A stretch of 54,423 bases of DNA from an uncultured Bacteroidales bacterium (GTDB taxonomy: Bacteria; Bacteroidota; Bacteroidia; Bacteroidales; UBA4417), in assembly GCA_903822525.1 (NCBI GenBank), contig CAIJPI010000111.1, forward strand, positions 1 to 54,423, read 5' to 3'. The position numbers were made by a program, and so were the translations under genes. Shown one piece after another: positions 37,619-47,059 of this stretch. Under the pieces are notes generated by a model, which saw nothing but the letters and a program-made list of their open reading frames with translations, had not been told where the DNA came from and made no database searches. How positions within the stretch are numbered: position 1 is the stretch's first letter; each line of letters opens with the position of its first letter.

Positions 37619-38569
37619 TTAAATATATTTGTTCAGGAAATCAACCACAAAATCGATCCCAATATAGTTTTCAGACGAAAGACTTGCTTCGGCAGCGAAT
37701 GCCAGTCCACAGCTTATTATCCGGTCCATTTCCAGATCCGATATACTGGCCAGTTGCGTTGCATCAAGACCAGAGGTTGCAAGTCCGTATACAACCCCGG
37801 CATTAAAATTATCGCCTGCACCAATAGTCGAAACGGGAATAATCTCTTTAACGTTATAGGTCCTGCAGCAGGAAGGAGTATATACCTTAACGGGCCGGGT
37901 AGCGTTTGTTACAATAAGGATTTTACAATATTTATTTATTTTTTCGTAAACCTCTTCAGGATCGGAAATTCCGAATAAATGATAAAAATCTTCGTCAGAA
38001 CCTTTAACTATGGTTGCAACAGAAATGTTATTCATAAAGGACGGCATAAATTGGTCCATTTCAGCAGCATGGGCTTTTCGGATATTCAGGTCATAATAAA
38101 TAATCGATTTTGCCTCAACTGCTTTCTGAAGGACTTTTAACACACAATCCCTTCGTTCTTTTTTAACAGAATAATAGGAACCGAAGAGCAGAATGTCGTC
38201 AATACCGAAATCCGGTAGTTTTGAATACTGTATAGTTACAGGGGAATCATGATAAAAAGAGTACGTGGCATTCCTGTTATGATCGAGCAAAGCCAGGGCA
38301 AGTGAAGTTTTGTTATCAGTATACCTGGCACAGAATTCAGTTTGAACATGATTGGTGTTCAGAAAATTACTGATCAAAGTTCCTGCCTGATCTGCCCCAA
38401 ACTCGCTGATAAGATTTATTTCGGTGCCCATTCGCCCAAGCGAAACCGCAGCATTCAAAACCGAACCTCCCGGAACAGCCTGCAAGGTATATCCTCCATC
38501 TGAAACCAGATCCAGGACAGTTTCGCCCAAAGCATATACTCTTCGACTTTTCGGATATGTATCTGTCAT
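37619..38569 (-). CDS. PfkB-family sugar kinase (fructokinase-like)
   Basis: 316 aa. N-terminal GETVLDLV...PGGSVLNAAVSLGRMG and C-terminal TIGAGDNFNAG. Confidence 0.8.
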   Translation of the reverse strand: MTDTYPKSRRVYALGETVLDLVSDGGYTLQAVPGGSVLNAAVSLGRMGTEINLISEFGADQAGTLISNFLNTNHVQTEFCARYTDNKTSLALALLDHNRNATYSFYHDSPVTIQYSKLPDFGIDDILLFGSYYSVKKERRDCVLKVLQKAVEAKSIIYYDLNIRKAHAAEMDQFMPSFMNNISVATIVKGSDEDFYHLFGISDPEEVYEKINKYCKILIVTNATRPVKVYTPSCCRTYNVKEIIPVSTIGAGDNFNAGVVYGLATSGLDATQLASISDLEMDRIISCGLAFAAEASLSSENYIGIDFVVDFLNKYI

Positions 38570-38575
38570 GTATTT

Positions 38576-40459
38576 TTACAGATCTAATTCCAGGTTAAGC
38601 TGGTCCCTCAGTTTGTTTACATTGGGATTCTGTTGAGCCATTGCATCAAGCTTTTCGCGGTCGTTCATGTATTTTTTAGTATCAGAAGGCGCTTCTGTAA
38701 CAATAACCTGCAAGGTAATGAAGTCGTTTTTCAGATCGTTGCGCAGAAATTCGAGCAACATATTTCTTCTTTCATTCAGTTCCTTTTCAAGCACTGTGTT
38801 ACCAACTGTGATAGAGAGAATATTATCCTGATCAACAGTAATTTTGTACGATGTAAGAGCAGAATAATACAATGCGGAATCCATTTTTTTCAATTCAGCA
38901 TACCTCAAAAGCGATTCCTCCATCTGTTCAAAAGTAAAGCTCTCGTTACGATCCTTAATCTGGTCTGCTTTTACTGAACCGGCTAGCTGATCAGCCTGCG
39001 TAACTGATTTTATTGAAATACTCGAGGTATGATGCGATTGTACCGGCATATCATGCTCTGGCTTTGGTTCCGGTTCCGGATCAGGCTGTTTTGCCATTAC
39101 AGGCTGTGGTACTGTTACGGTGACAGGCGCGACTGTTATTTCGGGTACAGCAACTGGTTCAGAAACAGCAACTGGTTCGGGTACAGCAACCGTTTCGGGC
39201 ACTGAGTCAGGAATTAATTCGGCAGCTACAGGAACCGGAGCAGACAGAACCGGCTGGATAACGGATTCAGCCACCACATTCTGTGGTTCAACAATTGCAG
39301 TGGGTATGGCTGCTACTGCAGTAGCCTGTATAACAGGGATCGGAGTAACCGCCGGCATCTGCATCTGGCCGCTTAGCCTGCATATCTGGATTAAAGGCAC
39401 TTCAAGGGAGAGTCGTTTATTATTTGAAGTACGGTATGTAACATCGCACTTATTAATAATATCCAAAGCATCAATTAATAACTGAAGAGATACAGAACGT
39501 GCCTGGCTGGCATACTTTGTCCTGATTGCATCGCTGGTTTCGATAAGTTTTACAGTGGCAGCATCAATGCTCATTAGCAGATTGCGCAAATGCTCACCCA
39601 TTCCGGTAATAAAATGTTGCCCGTCGAAACCCTTTTCAACAACCTCGTTAATAATCAGCAATGTATCCCTGTAATTGCCTTCCCGCATAAACTCCATAAT
39701 ACGGAAAAAATATTCGTAATCGAGCACATTCAGGTTCTCGAGGACTAATTCGCGGCTGATATTCCGGTCGCCAAGATTTACCATCTGATCGAAAACTGAC
39801 AAAGCATCACGCAGGGCGCCATCGGCTTTATGCGCAATAATATGCAGGGCTTCGGCATCGGCTGTTACACCTTCGCTTTCAGCAACAAAAGCAAGGTGTT
39901 TTGCAATATCATCCACAGTAATGCGCTTGAAATCGAAAATCTGGCATCGCGAAAGGATGGTAGGAATAATTTTATGCTTCTCAGTGGTTGCCAGTATAAA
40001 TTTAGCGTAGGCCGGAGGCTCTTCGAGTGTTTTCAGGAAAGCATTGAAGGCCGATGGTGAAAGCATGTGAACTTCATCGATAATATACACTTTATATTTC
40101 CCCATCTGTGGCGGAATACGCACCTGGTCAACCAGGTTACGGATATCATCAACGCTGTTGTTAGAAGCAGCATCAAGTTCATGAATATTAAACGAAGCTG
40201 AATCGTTAAAAGCTTTGCACGAGGAGCATTCGTTGCAAGGTTCTGTATCGCTGGTTGGATTCAGACAGTTTATGGTTTTTGCCAGTATACGGGCACATGT
40301 GGTTTTACCAACACCCCTGGGACCGCAAAAAAGGAAAGCTTGTGCAAGCTGATTGTTACGTATTGCGTTTTTAAGGGTTCCGGTTATTGATATCTGTCCT
40401 ACAACAGTACTGAAAGTTACAGGACGATATTTGCGAGCCGATACAATAAAATTATCCAT
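38576..40459 (-). CDS. dnaX: DNA polymerase III subunit gamma/tau
   Basis: 627 aa. KYRPVTFSTVVGQ, Walker A GPRGVGKTT, a Zn module CNECSSC, DEVHMLS, SRCQIFDF. Pro/Val/Ala-rich linker, then a C-terminal domain. Confidence 0.95.
   Translation of the reverse strand: MDNFIVSARKYRPVTFSTVVGQISITGTLKNAIRNNQLAQAFLFCGPRGVGKTTCARILAKTINCLNPTSDTEPCNECSSCKAFNDSASFNIHELDAASNNSVDDIRNLVDQVRIPPQMGKYKVYIIDEVHMLSPSAFNAFLKTLEEPPAYAKFILATTEKHKIIPTILSRCQIFDFKRITVDDIAKHLAFVAESEGVTADAEALHIIAHKADGALRDALSVFDQMVNLGDRNISRELVLENLNVLDYEYFFRIMEFMREGNYRDTLLIINEVVEKGFDGQHFITGMGEHLRNLLMSIDAATVKLIETSDAIRTKYASQARSVSLQLLIDALDIINKCDVTYRTSNNKRLSLEVPLIQICRLSGQMQMPAVTPIPVIQATAVAAIPTAIVEPQNVVAESVIQPVLSAPVPVAAELIPDSVPETVAVPEPVAVSEPVAVPEITVAPVTVTVPQPVMAKQPDPEPEPKPEHDMPVQSHHTSSISIKSVTQADQLAGSVKADQIKDRNESFTFEQMEESLLRYAELKKMDSALYYSALTSYKITVDQDNILSITVGNTVLEKELNERRNMLLEFLRNDLKNDFITLQVIVTEAPSDTKKYMNDREKLDAMAQQNPNVNKLRDQLNLELDL
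39144..39197 (-). repeat. 3 tandem 18-bp repeats inside the dnaX linker (encode a PEPVAV-type hexapeptide)
   Basis: ggtacagcaactggttca / gaaacagcaactggttcg / ggtacagcaaccgtttcg on the plus strand. On the coding strand this is ...VPETVAVPEPVAVSEPVAVPE... Confidence 0.8.
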
Positions 40460-40791
40460 AATAAACAGGTAGTTAGTTTAATATCCCTGAATCGGAACCA
40501 TTGTAACCGTATTCAGGGAGGGCAGAATATCCAGATTCAAAAGTATAACAATTCGGCTAATAAGTGCAGTTTTGTTAATAAAAAGGGAAGGCAGGTACTT
40601 GAAAATTCAGCTTGAATATTCAGGTTGTCTATGACTCCAGAATTCCATGAACCGGTATGCAAATTACTTTAAAGTTGCAGAGAGGGGGTGGAAAATTAAA
40701 TACCAAATACCAAAAAATGAATGCACTTGCCTGCTTTCCCCGATTTGACGATAAAAACCTGTGTAAGAAATATTGCTTCGGATAAAAAACG

Positions 40792-40799
40792 TATTTTTG
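40792..40799 (+). promoter_or_regulatory. -7 promoter box TATTTTTG
   Basis: TAnnTTTG lies 20 nt upstream of the ATG at 40819. Confidence 0.45.
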
Positions 40800-40818
40800 C
40801 GCTATATCCATTGTAGAA

Positions 40819-42123
40819 ATGCTGATACTGGTTCCAAAAGAGACAAACCGACTGCGCTATTCCATGCAGCTGCTTCTTACACGGCTGCTGGGGCTGGAAT
40901 TAGAATTCACCAGCGAAATTTCATTTTTTCTTGAATTCAGCGGTCCGAAATTTTCGTATGGCGTACCTGTTGACAAAAAATCGCTCTTTTTTGCTTCCAA
41001 CGGTTTACTTTTCGAAAGTAAAATTTCAGCAAAAGACCTTAGACATTTCACCTTCGAAGGCGGATTGGTTTTTTTCCCTGTTCTGGATACGGACTCTGTT
41101 CTGCCTTTCGATCTATTTGCCGCGTGCTTTTACCTGGTAAGCCGTTATGAGGAATATCTGCCTCATATCCGAGACAATCACAACCGGTTTCTTGCCACCG
41201 GAAGTGATGCATTTCAGCAGGGCTACCTTAATAAGCCACTCGTTAACATATGGTCTTTAAGGTTAAGGGATATACTGCATTCGCAGTTTCCTGAGATATC
41301 GTTTTCAACTCCTGTATATAGTTTTATTCCTACTATTGATATAGACGCTGCATATGCCTATAAGAATAAAGGCATTACCCGCGCAGTCGGAGGCATTTTC
41401 AAGGCTTTCCAGAATAAAGATTACGATGAAGTACGCCATAGGGTAAGAGTCCTTTTCAGGCTCGAACCTGATCCTTTCGACACTTTTTCACTGCAGATGA
41501 GATTGCAGGAAAAGTACAGGTACCGGCCGGTTTATTTTATTCTGCTGGCTGATTACGGTCCTAATGATAAAAATATACCATACAACAACAGATATTTCCA
41601 GAACCTGATCAGGTACCTGGCCGATTATGCTGAAATTGGGATTCATCCATCGTATGCTGCTTCGTTGCAGCCTTCACTTATGGTGATGGAAACAGCCCGT
41701 TTATCTAAAATCCTGAAACTCGAGGTAGAACGCAGCCGGCAGCATTTCCTGAAGCTAAGCCTGCCCGAAACATACCGGAATCTTATCAATAATGATATCA
41801 TTCACGACTATACCATGGGTTATGCTGAAGCTCCAGGATTCAGGGCATCAATCTGCACACCCTTCCCTTTTTTCGATCTCGACCAGGACCTGCCAACTGA
41901 CCTGATGATACACCCTTTCGCAGTGATGGACGGCACACTGAACAGCTATCTGAAACTCACCCCAAAAAAGGCAACGGCAACAATAAATGAACTGATAGAA
42001 GAAGTCAGGAAAGTCGGAGGAACATTCATCCCGTTATGGCATAATTCTACGTTAAATGATGAAGGAGAATGGAAAGGATGGCTTGATGTATACATCCGAA
42101 TGCTTGAAAAAGGCACAAAATAA
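40819..42123 (+). CDS. hypothetical protein, possibly polysaccharide-deacetylase-like
   Basis: 434 aa with no signal peptide. IPTIDIDAAYAY, EIGIHPSY and SRQHFLKL are spaced like the metal and catalytic motifs of NodB-type deacetylases. This is a weak assignment from memory. Confidence 0.4.
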   Translation: MLILVPKETNRLRYSMQLLLTRLLGLELEFTSEISFFLEFSGPKFSYGVPVDKKSLFFASNGLLFESKISAKDLRHFTFEGGLVFFPVLDTDSVLPFDLFAACFYLVSRYEEYLPHIRDNHNRFLATGSDAFQQGYLNKPLVNIWSLRLRDILHSQFPEISFSTPVYSFIPTIDIDAAYAYKNKGITRAVGGIFKAFQNKDYDEVRHRVRVLFRLEPDPFDTFSLQMRLQEKYRYRPVYFILLADYGPNDKNIPYNNRYFQNLIRYLADYAEIGIHPSYAASLQPSLMVMETARLSKILKLEVERSRQHFLKLSLPETYRNLINNDIIHDYTMGYAEAPGFRASICTPFPFFDLDQDLPTDLMIHPFAVMDGTLNSYLKLTPKKATATINELIEEVRKVGGTFIPLWHNSTLNDEGEWKGWLDVYIRMLEKGTK

Positions 42124-42259
42124 TCAGAGTTATCAGCATTCTGAGGATTTAACCAGCAAAAAAATACCCTCCAATTTCAGAAAAGTCTATAAAAATAATC
42201 CGAATCCGAATAAAACAGGGAGTAAATTTAGAAAGCAGCAATAACGCTATATTACATAC

Positions 42260-42373
42260 CTGACAGCCAACAAAATTGCAACCTGAGCGGTCGGGTTATT
42301 CCAACACACGCTTCACCAATATATAATTTCAATCCAATCACATACAACCTCTGCTAACTGACAGCCAACAAAA
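42260..42373 (+). repeat. 16-nt exact direct repeat CTGACAGCCAACAAAA (42260..42275 and 42358..42373)
   Basis: Two identical 16-mers 98 nt apart in the 254-nt spacer. The second copy ends 4 nt before the ATG at 42378. Confidence 0.8.
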
Positions 42374-42377
42374 AACG

Positions 42378-43343
42378 ATGATACGTTTCCTGCAACATGA
42401 TAAGATTGATACTGCACGTTGGGACGACTGTATAAGCAATGCTGTTAACGGAAACCTGGTTGCATTTTCGTGGTACCTTAACATTGTTTCTCCTGGCTGG
42501 TGTGCACTTGTTGAAGGTGATTATGAAAGCGTTTTTCCTTTGCCTGTTTCTTCCAGGAATGGAATTAAATATATGATGCAGCCTTATTTCTCCCAACAAC
42601 TGGGACTCTTTTCGCGTGCGCTGCCTTTGGAAGATATGGTAGCAGTTTTTTTGAACAACATCCCGTCCGAATACAGGTATATCGATATAAATCTGAATTC
42701 CTTCAATAGGGTCCCCAAAGCGGAAAATGTTTCTGAAATGATTAATCTTGAACTGGACCTAAGCGGCGACTATGGAACCATTTCAGCCGGGTATCAGTCC
42801 AATCTGCAGCGTAACCTGAAAAAGGCATCACAAAACAAGCTTCAAATTTCCACTACTGTTAAGCCAGAGGAACTCATTTCGTTATTCCGTGCAAATAAAG
42901 GTCAGGATTTAAAAAATCTGCAAAACGATCAATATAACCTGATCAAGCAGATAGCAGGCGAAAGCATCAGCAAAGGGACTGGGGAAATCTGGGGAGTATA
43001 TAATGAAAACAACGAGCTGGCAGCCGGCATTCTGTGGGTAAGAAGCCATCAGAAGGCAGTATTTCTTTTCTCGGCATTGTCAGATACCGGGAAAAAGAGT
43101 AATGCCATGCCCTGGCTAATAGACTTGTACATAAGTCAGCATGCAGGCAAATCACTGACCCTCGATTTTGAAGGCTCTAACAATCCGGGTCTGGCGCGCT
43201 TTTACAGTAGCTTTGGAGCTAAAAAGGTGACCTATCAAAGATATATTCATAATTCGTTGCCCTATCCTATGCGATTAGCACTGAAAATATGGAGGAAAAG
43301 CAGGTTGCTTCTAAATTTTTACTTTCCTTTGTTGAACCATTAA
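42378..43343 (+). CDS. FemAB-like / GNAT-fold acyltransferase
   Basis: 321 aa. The C-terminal LTLDFEGSNNPGLARFYSSFGAKK is typical of the FemAB-like acetyltransferase group. Confidence 0.45.
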   Translation: MIRFLQHDKIDTARWDDCISNAVNGNLVAFSWYLNIVSPGWCALVEGDYESVFPLPVSSRNGIKYMMQPYFSQQLGLFSRALPLEDMVAVFLNNIPSEYRYIDINLNSFNRVPKAENVSEMINLELDLSGDYGTISAGYQSNLQRNLKKASQNKLQISTTVKPEELISLFRANKGQDLKNLQNDQYNLIKQIAGESISKGTGEIWGVYNENNELAAGILWVRSHQKAVFLFSALSDTGKKSNAMPWLIDLYISQHAGKSLTLDFEGSNNPGLARFYSSFGAKKVTYQRYIHNSLPYPMRLALKIWRKSRLLLNFYFPLLNH

Positions 43344-43409
43344 GTTAAAGTACCTATTTTTGTCTGATCTCGGAAAACGTAAATCATAAACCGCTTAAAA
43401 ACCAGAAGT

Positions 43410-44060
43410 ATGGTGATCAATATCGGCAGTAAGAATTCAATTGTAAACCAGTTCATCTGTGAATTGCGTGATGCTTCCATACAGAAAGACAGCATGCGTT
43501 TCCGCAGGAATATGGAACGCATAGGAGAGATTTTTGCCTATGAGATCAGCAAAACCATGGAATATGAAACCAGGGAAGTTATTACCTCACTGGGCACTGC
43601 CGAAATGCAGGTAATAAAAAACAAACCCGTGCTGGCAACCATCCTCAGAGCAGGCTTGCCTTTGCATCAGGGGATACTCAATTACCTTGACAATGCTGAT
43701 AATGCCTTTGTTTCGGCTTATCGTGAGCACCGCAAGGATGATGATTTCGCCATTCAGATTGAATACGTCTCGAGTCCGGAAATTGAGAAAAGGGTTCTGA
43801 TATTATCCGACCCTATGCTTGCTACCGGTCAATCCATGGTTTCGGCCTATAAAGCCCTGCTTGTGCATGGGAAGCCGGCACATACTCATTTTGTTTCAGT
43901 AGTTGCAAGCGTGCAGGGAGTTGAATACCTGAAGCGCATGCTCCCCAAAACAGGCACCACCATTTGGGTGGCTGCTATTGACGATGAACTCACAGCTCAG
44001 GGATATATTGTTCCGGGTTTGGGCGATGCCGGCGACCTTGCCTTTGGTAATAAGGTCTAA
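43410..44060 (+). CDS. upp: uracil phosphoribosyltransferase
   Basis: 216 aa. ILRAGL, the PRPP loop LILSDPMLATGQS, and C-terminal YIVPGLGDAGD. Confidence 0.93.
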   Translation: MVINIGSKNSIVNQFICELRDASIQKDSMRFRRNMERIGEIFAYEISKTMEYETREVITSLGTAEMQVIKNKPVLATILRAGLPLHQGILNYLDNADNAFVSAYREHRKDDDFAIQIEYVSSPEIEKRVLILSDPMLATGQSMVSAYKALLVHGKPAHTHFVSVVASVQGVEYLKRMLPKTGTTIWVAAIDDELTAQGYIVPGLGDAGDLAFGNKV

Positions 44061-44149
44061 AAATCCATTTAAAGATTATTTGCAATCTTTTATAAAAATG
44101 AAGCAACATTTCAAGGGTTGTTTCGTTACTATAGGAAAGCATAATAACC

Positions 44150-44635
44150 TTGTCAGGATTCATCAAAATATTAATCGTTTTTTTGGTTAGCAGCATCAAA
44201 TTTCTGATTGCTCCTGCCCTGTCATTCGGCATGGGTCTTAACTTTGTACAAACCTGGCTATCAACAACTGCCGGCGGCATTGTGGGTGTTATCATGTTCT
44301 TTTTTCTAAGCAGGTGGATTCTGTTGTTATACTCCAGATATATTTCCTACTACACACATGTATTGAGGGTAAAATTTTACGGATTGCTGAACATCAAAGT
44401 GCCGAAATTTATTCCGGCCAAAAGGTTTACCCGGCGCAACAGGCTAATAATTAAGATAGTGCGCAAATATGGTCTGGCCGGTATTGCAATACTGACCCCT
44501 GTATTGTTATCCATTCCTGTAGGCACCTTTATTGCAACAAGATACTATTCAAACAACCGCTATTTACTGATCTATCTGAGCGGCTCCGTACTATTCTGGT
44601 CACTGTTCATGTCTTCTGCCATTTCTCTTTTTTAG
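44150..44635 (+). CDS. small integral membrane protein (about 4 TM)
   Basis: 161-aa ORF starting at TTG, so the start is uncertain. Four hydrophobic segments and a basic loop KRFTRRNRLIIKIVRKYG. Confidence 0.5.
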   Translation: MSGFIKILIVFLVSSIKFLIAPALSFGMGLNFVQTWLSTTAGGIVGVIMFFFLSRWILLLYSRYISYYTHVLRVKFYGLLNIKVPKFIPAKRFTRRNRLIIKIVRKYGLAGIAILTPVLLSIPVGTFIATRYYSNNRYLLIYLSGSVLFWSLFMSSAISLF

Positions 44636-44778
44636 ACTTTTTCCTGAAGTTTGATTTTTTATTCACAGAGTAAAATTAAATCATTAATTTTACTCTGGAT
44701 TTACTGTAACAGCACCACTTTCTAGGCTGACAGCACATTGGAACTTAAACATAAGTTTAACCATTTAATATTCTAATC

Positions 44779-46032
44779 ATGAAGTTGTTGTCGGGCAGTC
44801 TGGTTCTTGAAAATCTTCGTATTTCAATGCAATCAGTTCGAAGCCATATGATGCGCACCACGCTTACTGTGCTAATTATTGCATTCGGGATCATGGCACT
44901 GGTTGGTATACTTACCTCCATTGATGCCATTAAATATTACCTGAACGATAATTTTCAGATGATGGGAGCCAACACCTTCACCATTCGTAACCGTACTATG
45001 CAGGTGCATATAGGCAATAAACGCAGCAAAGCAAATAATTTCAGGGAAATCACTTTCGAACAAGCTATGCGTTTTAAAGATTCGTATACATTTCCTGCAA
45101 CGCCTTCGGTTTATATATTTGCCACTAACCTTGCTACAGTAAAATATTCAACAAACAAAACTAATCCGAATGTTCCGGTAATCGGCTGCGATGAAAATTA
45201 CATTATAACATCAGGAAATGAAATTATACAGGGACGTAACATTTCCCCAACCGAAGTATTCTATGGCGCTTCGGTTGCCATTATCGGGAGTGATGTTATA
45301 AAGAAGGTATTCAAGAACAAAGAAGATCCCGTTGGGAAATTTGTTACTATTGGTCCCGGAAGGTATCTTGTAGTCGGAGTATTAAAAGAAAAGGGATCGA
45401 GCCTGGGGTTTAATCCTGATAATATTTGCCTGATACCCATAAACAATGCACGCCAAAGGTTTGCCAGGCCCAATGCATCCTATAGCATTAATGTTCATGT
45501 TGCTGACGGCGAAAAGCTTGAAGCTGCAATTGATGAAGCAACCGGTGTGTTTAGGATAGTACGGCAGGTGAATGTCGGCGATGATGACAGTTTCGATATT
45601 TCAAAAAGCGATAATCTTGCCAATATGTTATTCGACAGTTTGAGCTACCTGCGCTTTGCGGCAATCATAATAGGGGTGATTACGCTGCTGGGTGCGGCGA
45701 TAGGACTGATGAATATCATGCTTGTTTCGGTTACCGAACGTACGCGTGAAATAGGTATCCGCAAAGCAATTGGCGCAACCAAACATACTATTCGTAACCA
45801 GTTTCTTGCTGAAGCGATTGTAATTGCTCAGATTGGAGGATTACTGGGTATTATTCTGGGTATTGGTATAGGCAATGCACTTGCACTGTCAATCGGAACA
45901 AGCTTTATTATTCCATGGAACTGGATTATCTGGGGAGTTGGATTGTGCCTGATTGTTGCTTTGGCTTCGGGTATTATACCAGCTGTTAAAGCTGCAAAAC
46001 TAGACCCTATTGATGCCTTGCGATACGAGTAA
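44779..46032 (+). CDS. MacB/FtsX-family ABC transporter permease
   Basis: 417 aa. An N-terminal TM, a periplasmic MacB_PCD-like domain, and a C-terminal FtsX domain (VTERTREIGIRKAIGA...). No ATPase partner in the window. Confidence 0.85.
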   Translation: MKLLSGSLVLENLRISMQSVRSHMMRTTLTVLIIAFGIMALVGILTSIDAIKYYLNDNFQMMGANTFTIRNRTMQVHIGNKRSKANNFREITFEQAMRFKDSYTFPATPSVYIFATNLATVKYSTNKTNPNVPVIGCDENYIITSGNEIIQGRNISPTEVFYGASVAIIGSDVIKKVFKNKEDPVGKFVTIGPGRYLVVGVLKEKGSSLGFNPDNICLIPINNARQRFARPNASYSINVHVADGEKLEAAIDEATGVFRIVRQVNVGDDDSFDISKSDNLANMLFDSLSYLRFAAIIIGVITLLGAAIGLMNIMLVSVTERTREIGIRKAIGATKHTIRNQFLAEAIVIAQIGGLLGIILGIGIGNALALSIGTSFIIPWNWIIWGVGLCLIVALASGIIPAVKAAKLDPIDALRYE

Positions 46033-46119
46033 TCAGTTATAACTCAAAAGTACTTCTCTTGAATTTTTGTGTTTAATTGTTGTTTTTCAAATAGTTACAT
46101 ATATTTTTTAAATTATTTT

Positions 46120-46159
46120 GACAATTGTCGTATTTTTTGCGACAAATTGCGTACCTTTG
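46120..46159 (+). promoter_or_regulatory. candidate operator repeats plus -7 box of the antitoxin/toxin operon
   Basis: A perfect 10-bp palindrome GACAATTGTC (46120..46129) and a degenerate copy GACAAATTGC (46141..46150), 21 bp apart. These are immediately followed by TACCTTTG (46152..46159), 17 nt before the ATG at 46176. Confidence 0.4.
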
Positions 46160-46175
46160 TGGGAAATTAAGGACA

Positions 46176-46595
46176 ATGGAAATATTCGATCCACAGGTAG
46201 CTTACGGTTCAATTGATAGCAGTACCGCATTTTCACTTATTGAATTGGTACGGCATGGAATTGGATTTGCCGCATTCGACAAATTTGCAGATAAAAGCCC
46301 TTTCAGTATAAATGAGTGGTGTACTTACCTGCATCTATCGGAACGTACCCTGCAGCGCTACAGAAGTGAAAAACGTAAATTCGATCCGCTTCAATCAGAA
46401 AAAATTATTGCAATCGCATTATTTTACAACAAAGGAGTTGAAGTTTTTGGAACTGCTGACAAGTTTAATTCGTGGCTTGAAACCGATAACCTTGCCCTGG
46501 GAAAAACAAAGCCTAAAATGTTTCTAGATAACTCCTTTGGCATTAATTTGCTGATGGATGAACTCACCGCCATTGAATACGGAGTCCTGGCATGA
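46176..46595 (+). CDS. Xre-like antitoxin with DUF2384 (MbcA/ParS-type) toxin-binding domain
   Basis: 139 aa from the ATG at 46176. The longer TTG-initiated ORF at 46125 would span the promoter box. Its stop overlaps the toxin ATG (ATGA at 46592..46595). The C-terminal pattern ...FNSWLETDNLALGKTKPKMFLDNSFGINLLMDELTAIEYG is DUF2384-like. Confidence 0.7.
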   Translation: MEIFDPQVAYGSIDSSTAFSLIELVRHGIGFAAFDKFADKSPFSINEWCTYLHLSERTLQRYRSEKRKFDPLQSEKIIAIALFYNKGVEVFGTADKFNSWLETDNLALGKTKPKMFLDNSFGINLLMDELTAIEYGVLA

Positions 46596-47053
46596 TCGTT
46601 TTCCGCTTAAGCAAATCGAAGTTTGCCAGTGATCTTTCAGGAAAGGGTGCTGAAAAAAGTGGTGGCCGCTGGAACAGCAAAGGAACTGCTATGGTATATA
46701 CCAGTGCATCAAGAGCTTTGTGCACAACCGAAATTGCTGTTCATACTCCCTTAGGCAACCTGCCACTTGATTATAAACTCATATCCATTGAGATTCCGGA
46801 TGAAATTGTAATCCAGGAATTTGCACAAAAGGATCTCCCCAACAATTGGAAATCCATTCCACATTCGCATTCAACACAACTTTTGGGTGATAAATTTATT
46901 GCAGATAGCCAGTATATGGTATTAAAAGTACCTTCGGCTGTGGTCCAGGATGAATTTAATTTCCTTATTAATCCTAATCATGCTGAATCTTATAAAATTA
47001 TAATCAAAGCAATCGAACCATTTAACTTTGATGAGCGACTGTTTTTCAAGTAA
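46592..47053 (+). CDS. RES-domain toxin (MbcT/ParT-type)
   Basis: 153 aa. GAEKSGGRWNSKGTAMVYTSASRALCTTEIAVH carries the R...S...E arrangement of RES domains. 4-nt overlap with the antitoxin. Confidence 0.75.
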   Translation: MIVFRLSKSKFASDLSGKGAEKSGGRWNSKGTAMVYTSASRALCTTEIAVHTPLGNLPLDYKLISIEIPDEIVIQEFAQKDLPNNWKSIPHSHSTQLLGDKFIADSQYMVLKVPSAVVQDEFNFLINPNHAESYKIIIKAIEPFNFDERLFFK

Positions 47054-47059
47054 ATTCAG

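Noticed and set aside
38884-38890. A7 run in dnaX as a possible programmed -1 frameshift site for a gamma isoform
   Set aside because: In the dnaX frame it reads TTG-AAA-AAA-ATG, so it is not in X_XXY_YYZ register. It also lies at codon 524 of 627, well past the domain III boundary where gamma normally ends. No downstream hairpin was noticed.
40460-40818. Search for an SRP (4.5S) RNA or other ncRNA upstream of dnaX. Candidates were a 9-bp hairpin at 40484..40519 and an 11-bp long-range complementarity (40584..40594 with 40731..40741)
   Set aside because: ffs-dnaX synteny is common, but I could not find the conserved GGAA-tetraloop/AGCAGC domain IV motif on either strand. The closest string is GGGGAAAGCAGGCAAG on the minus strand, and it does not fold into the required helix. 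One 11-bp match with a G-U in 360 nt is about what chance gives. cmscan with RF00169 would settle it.
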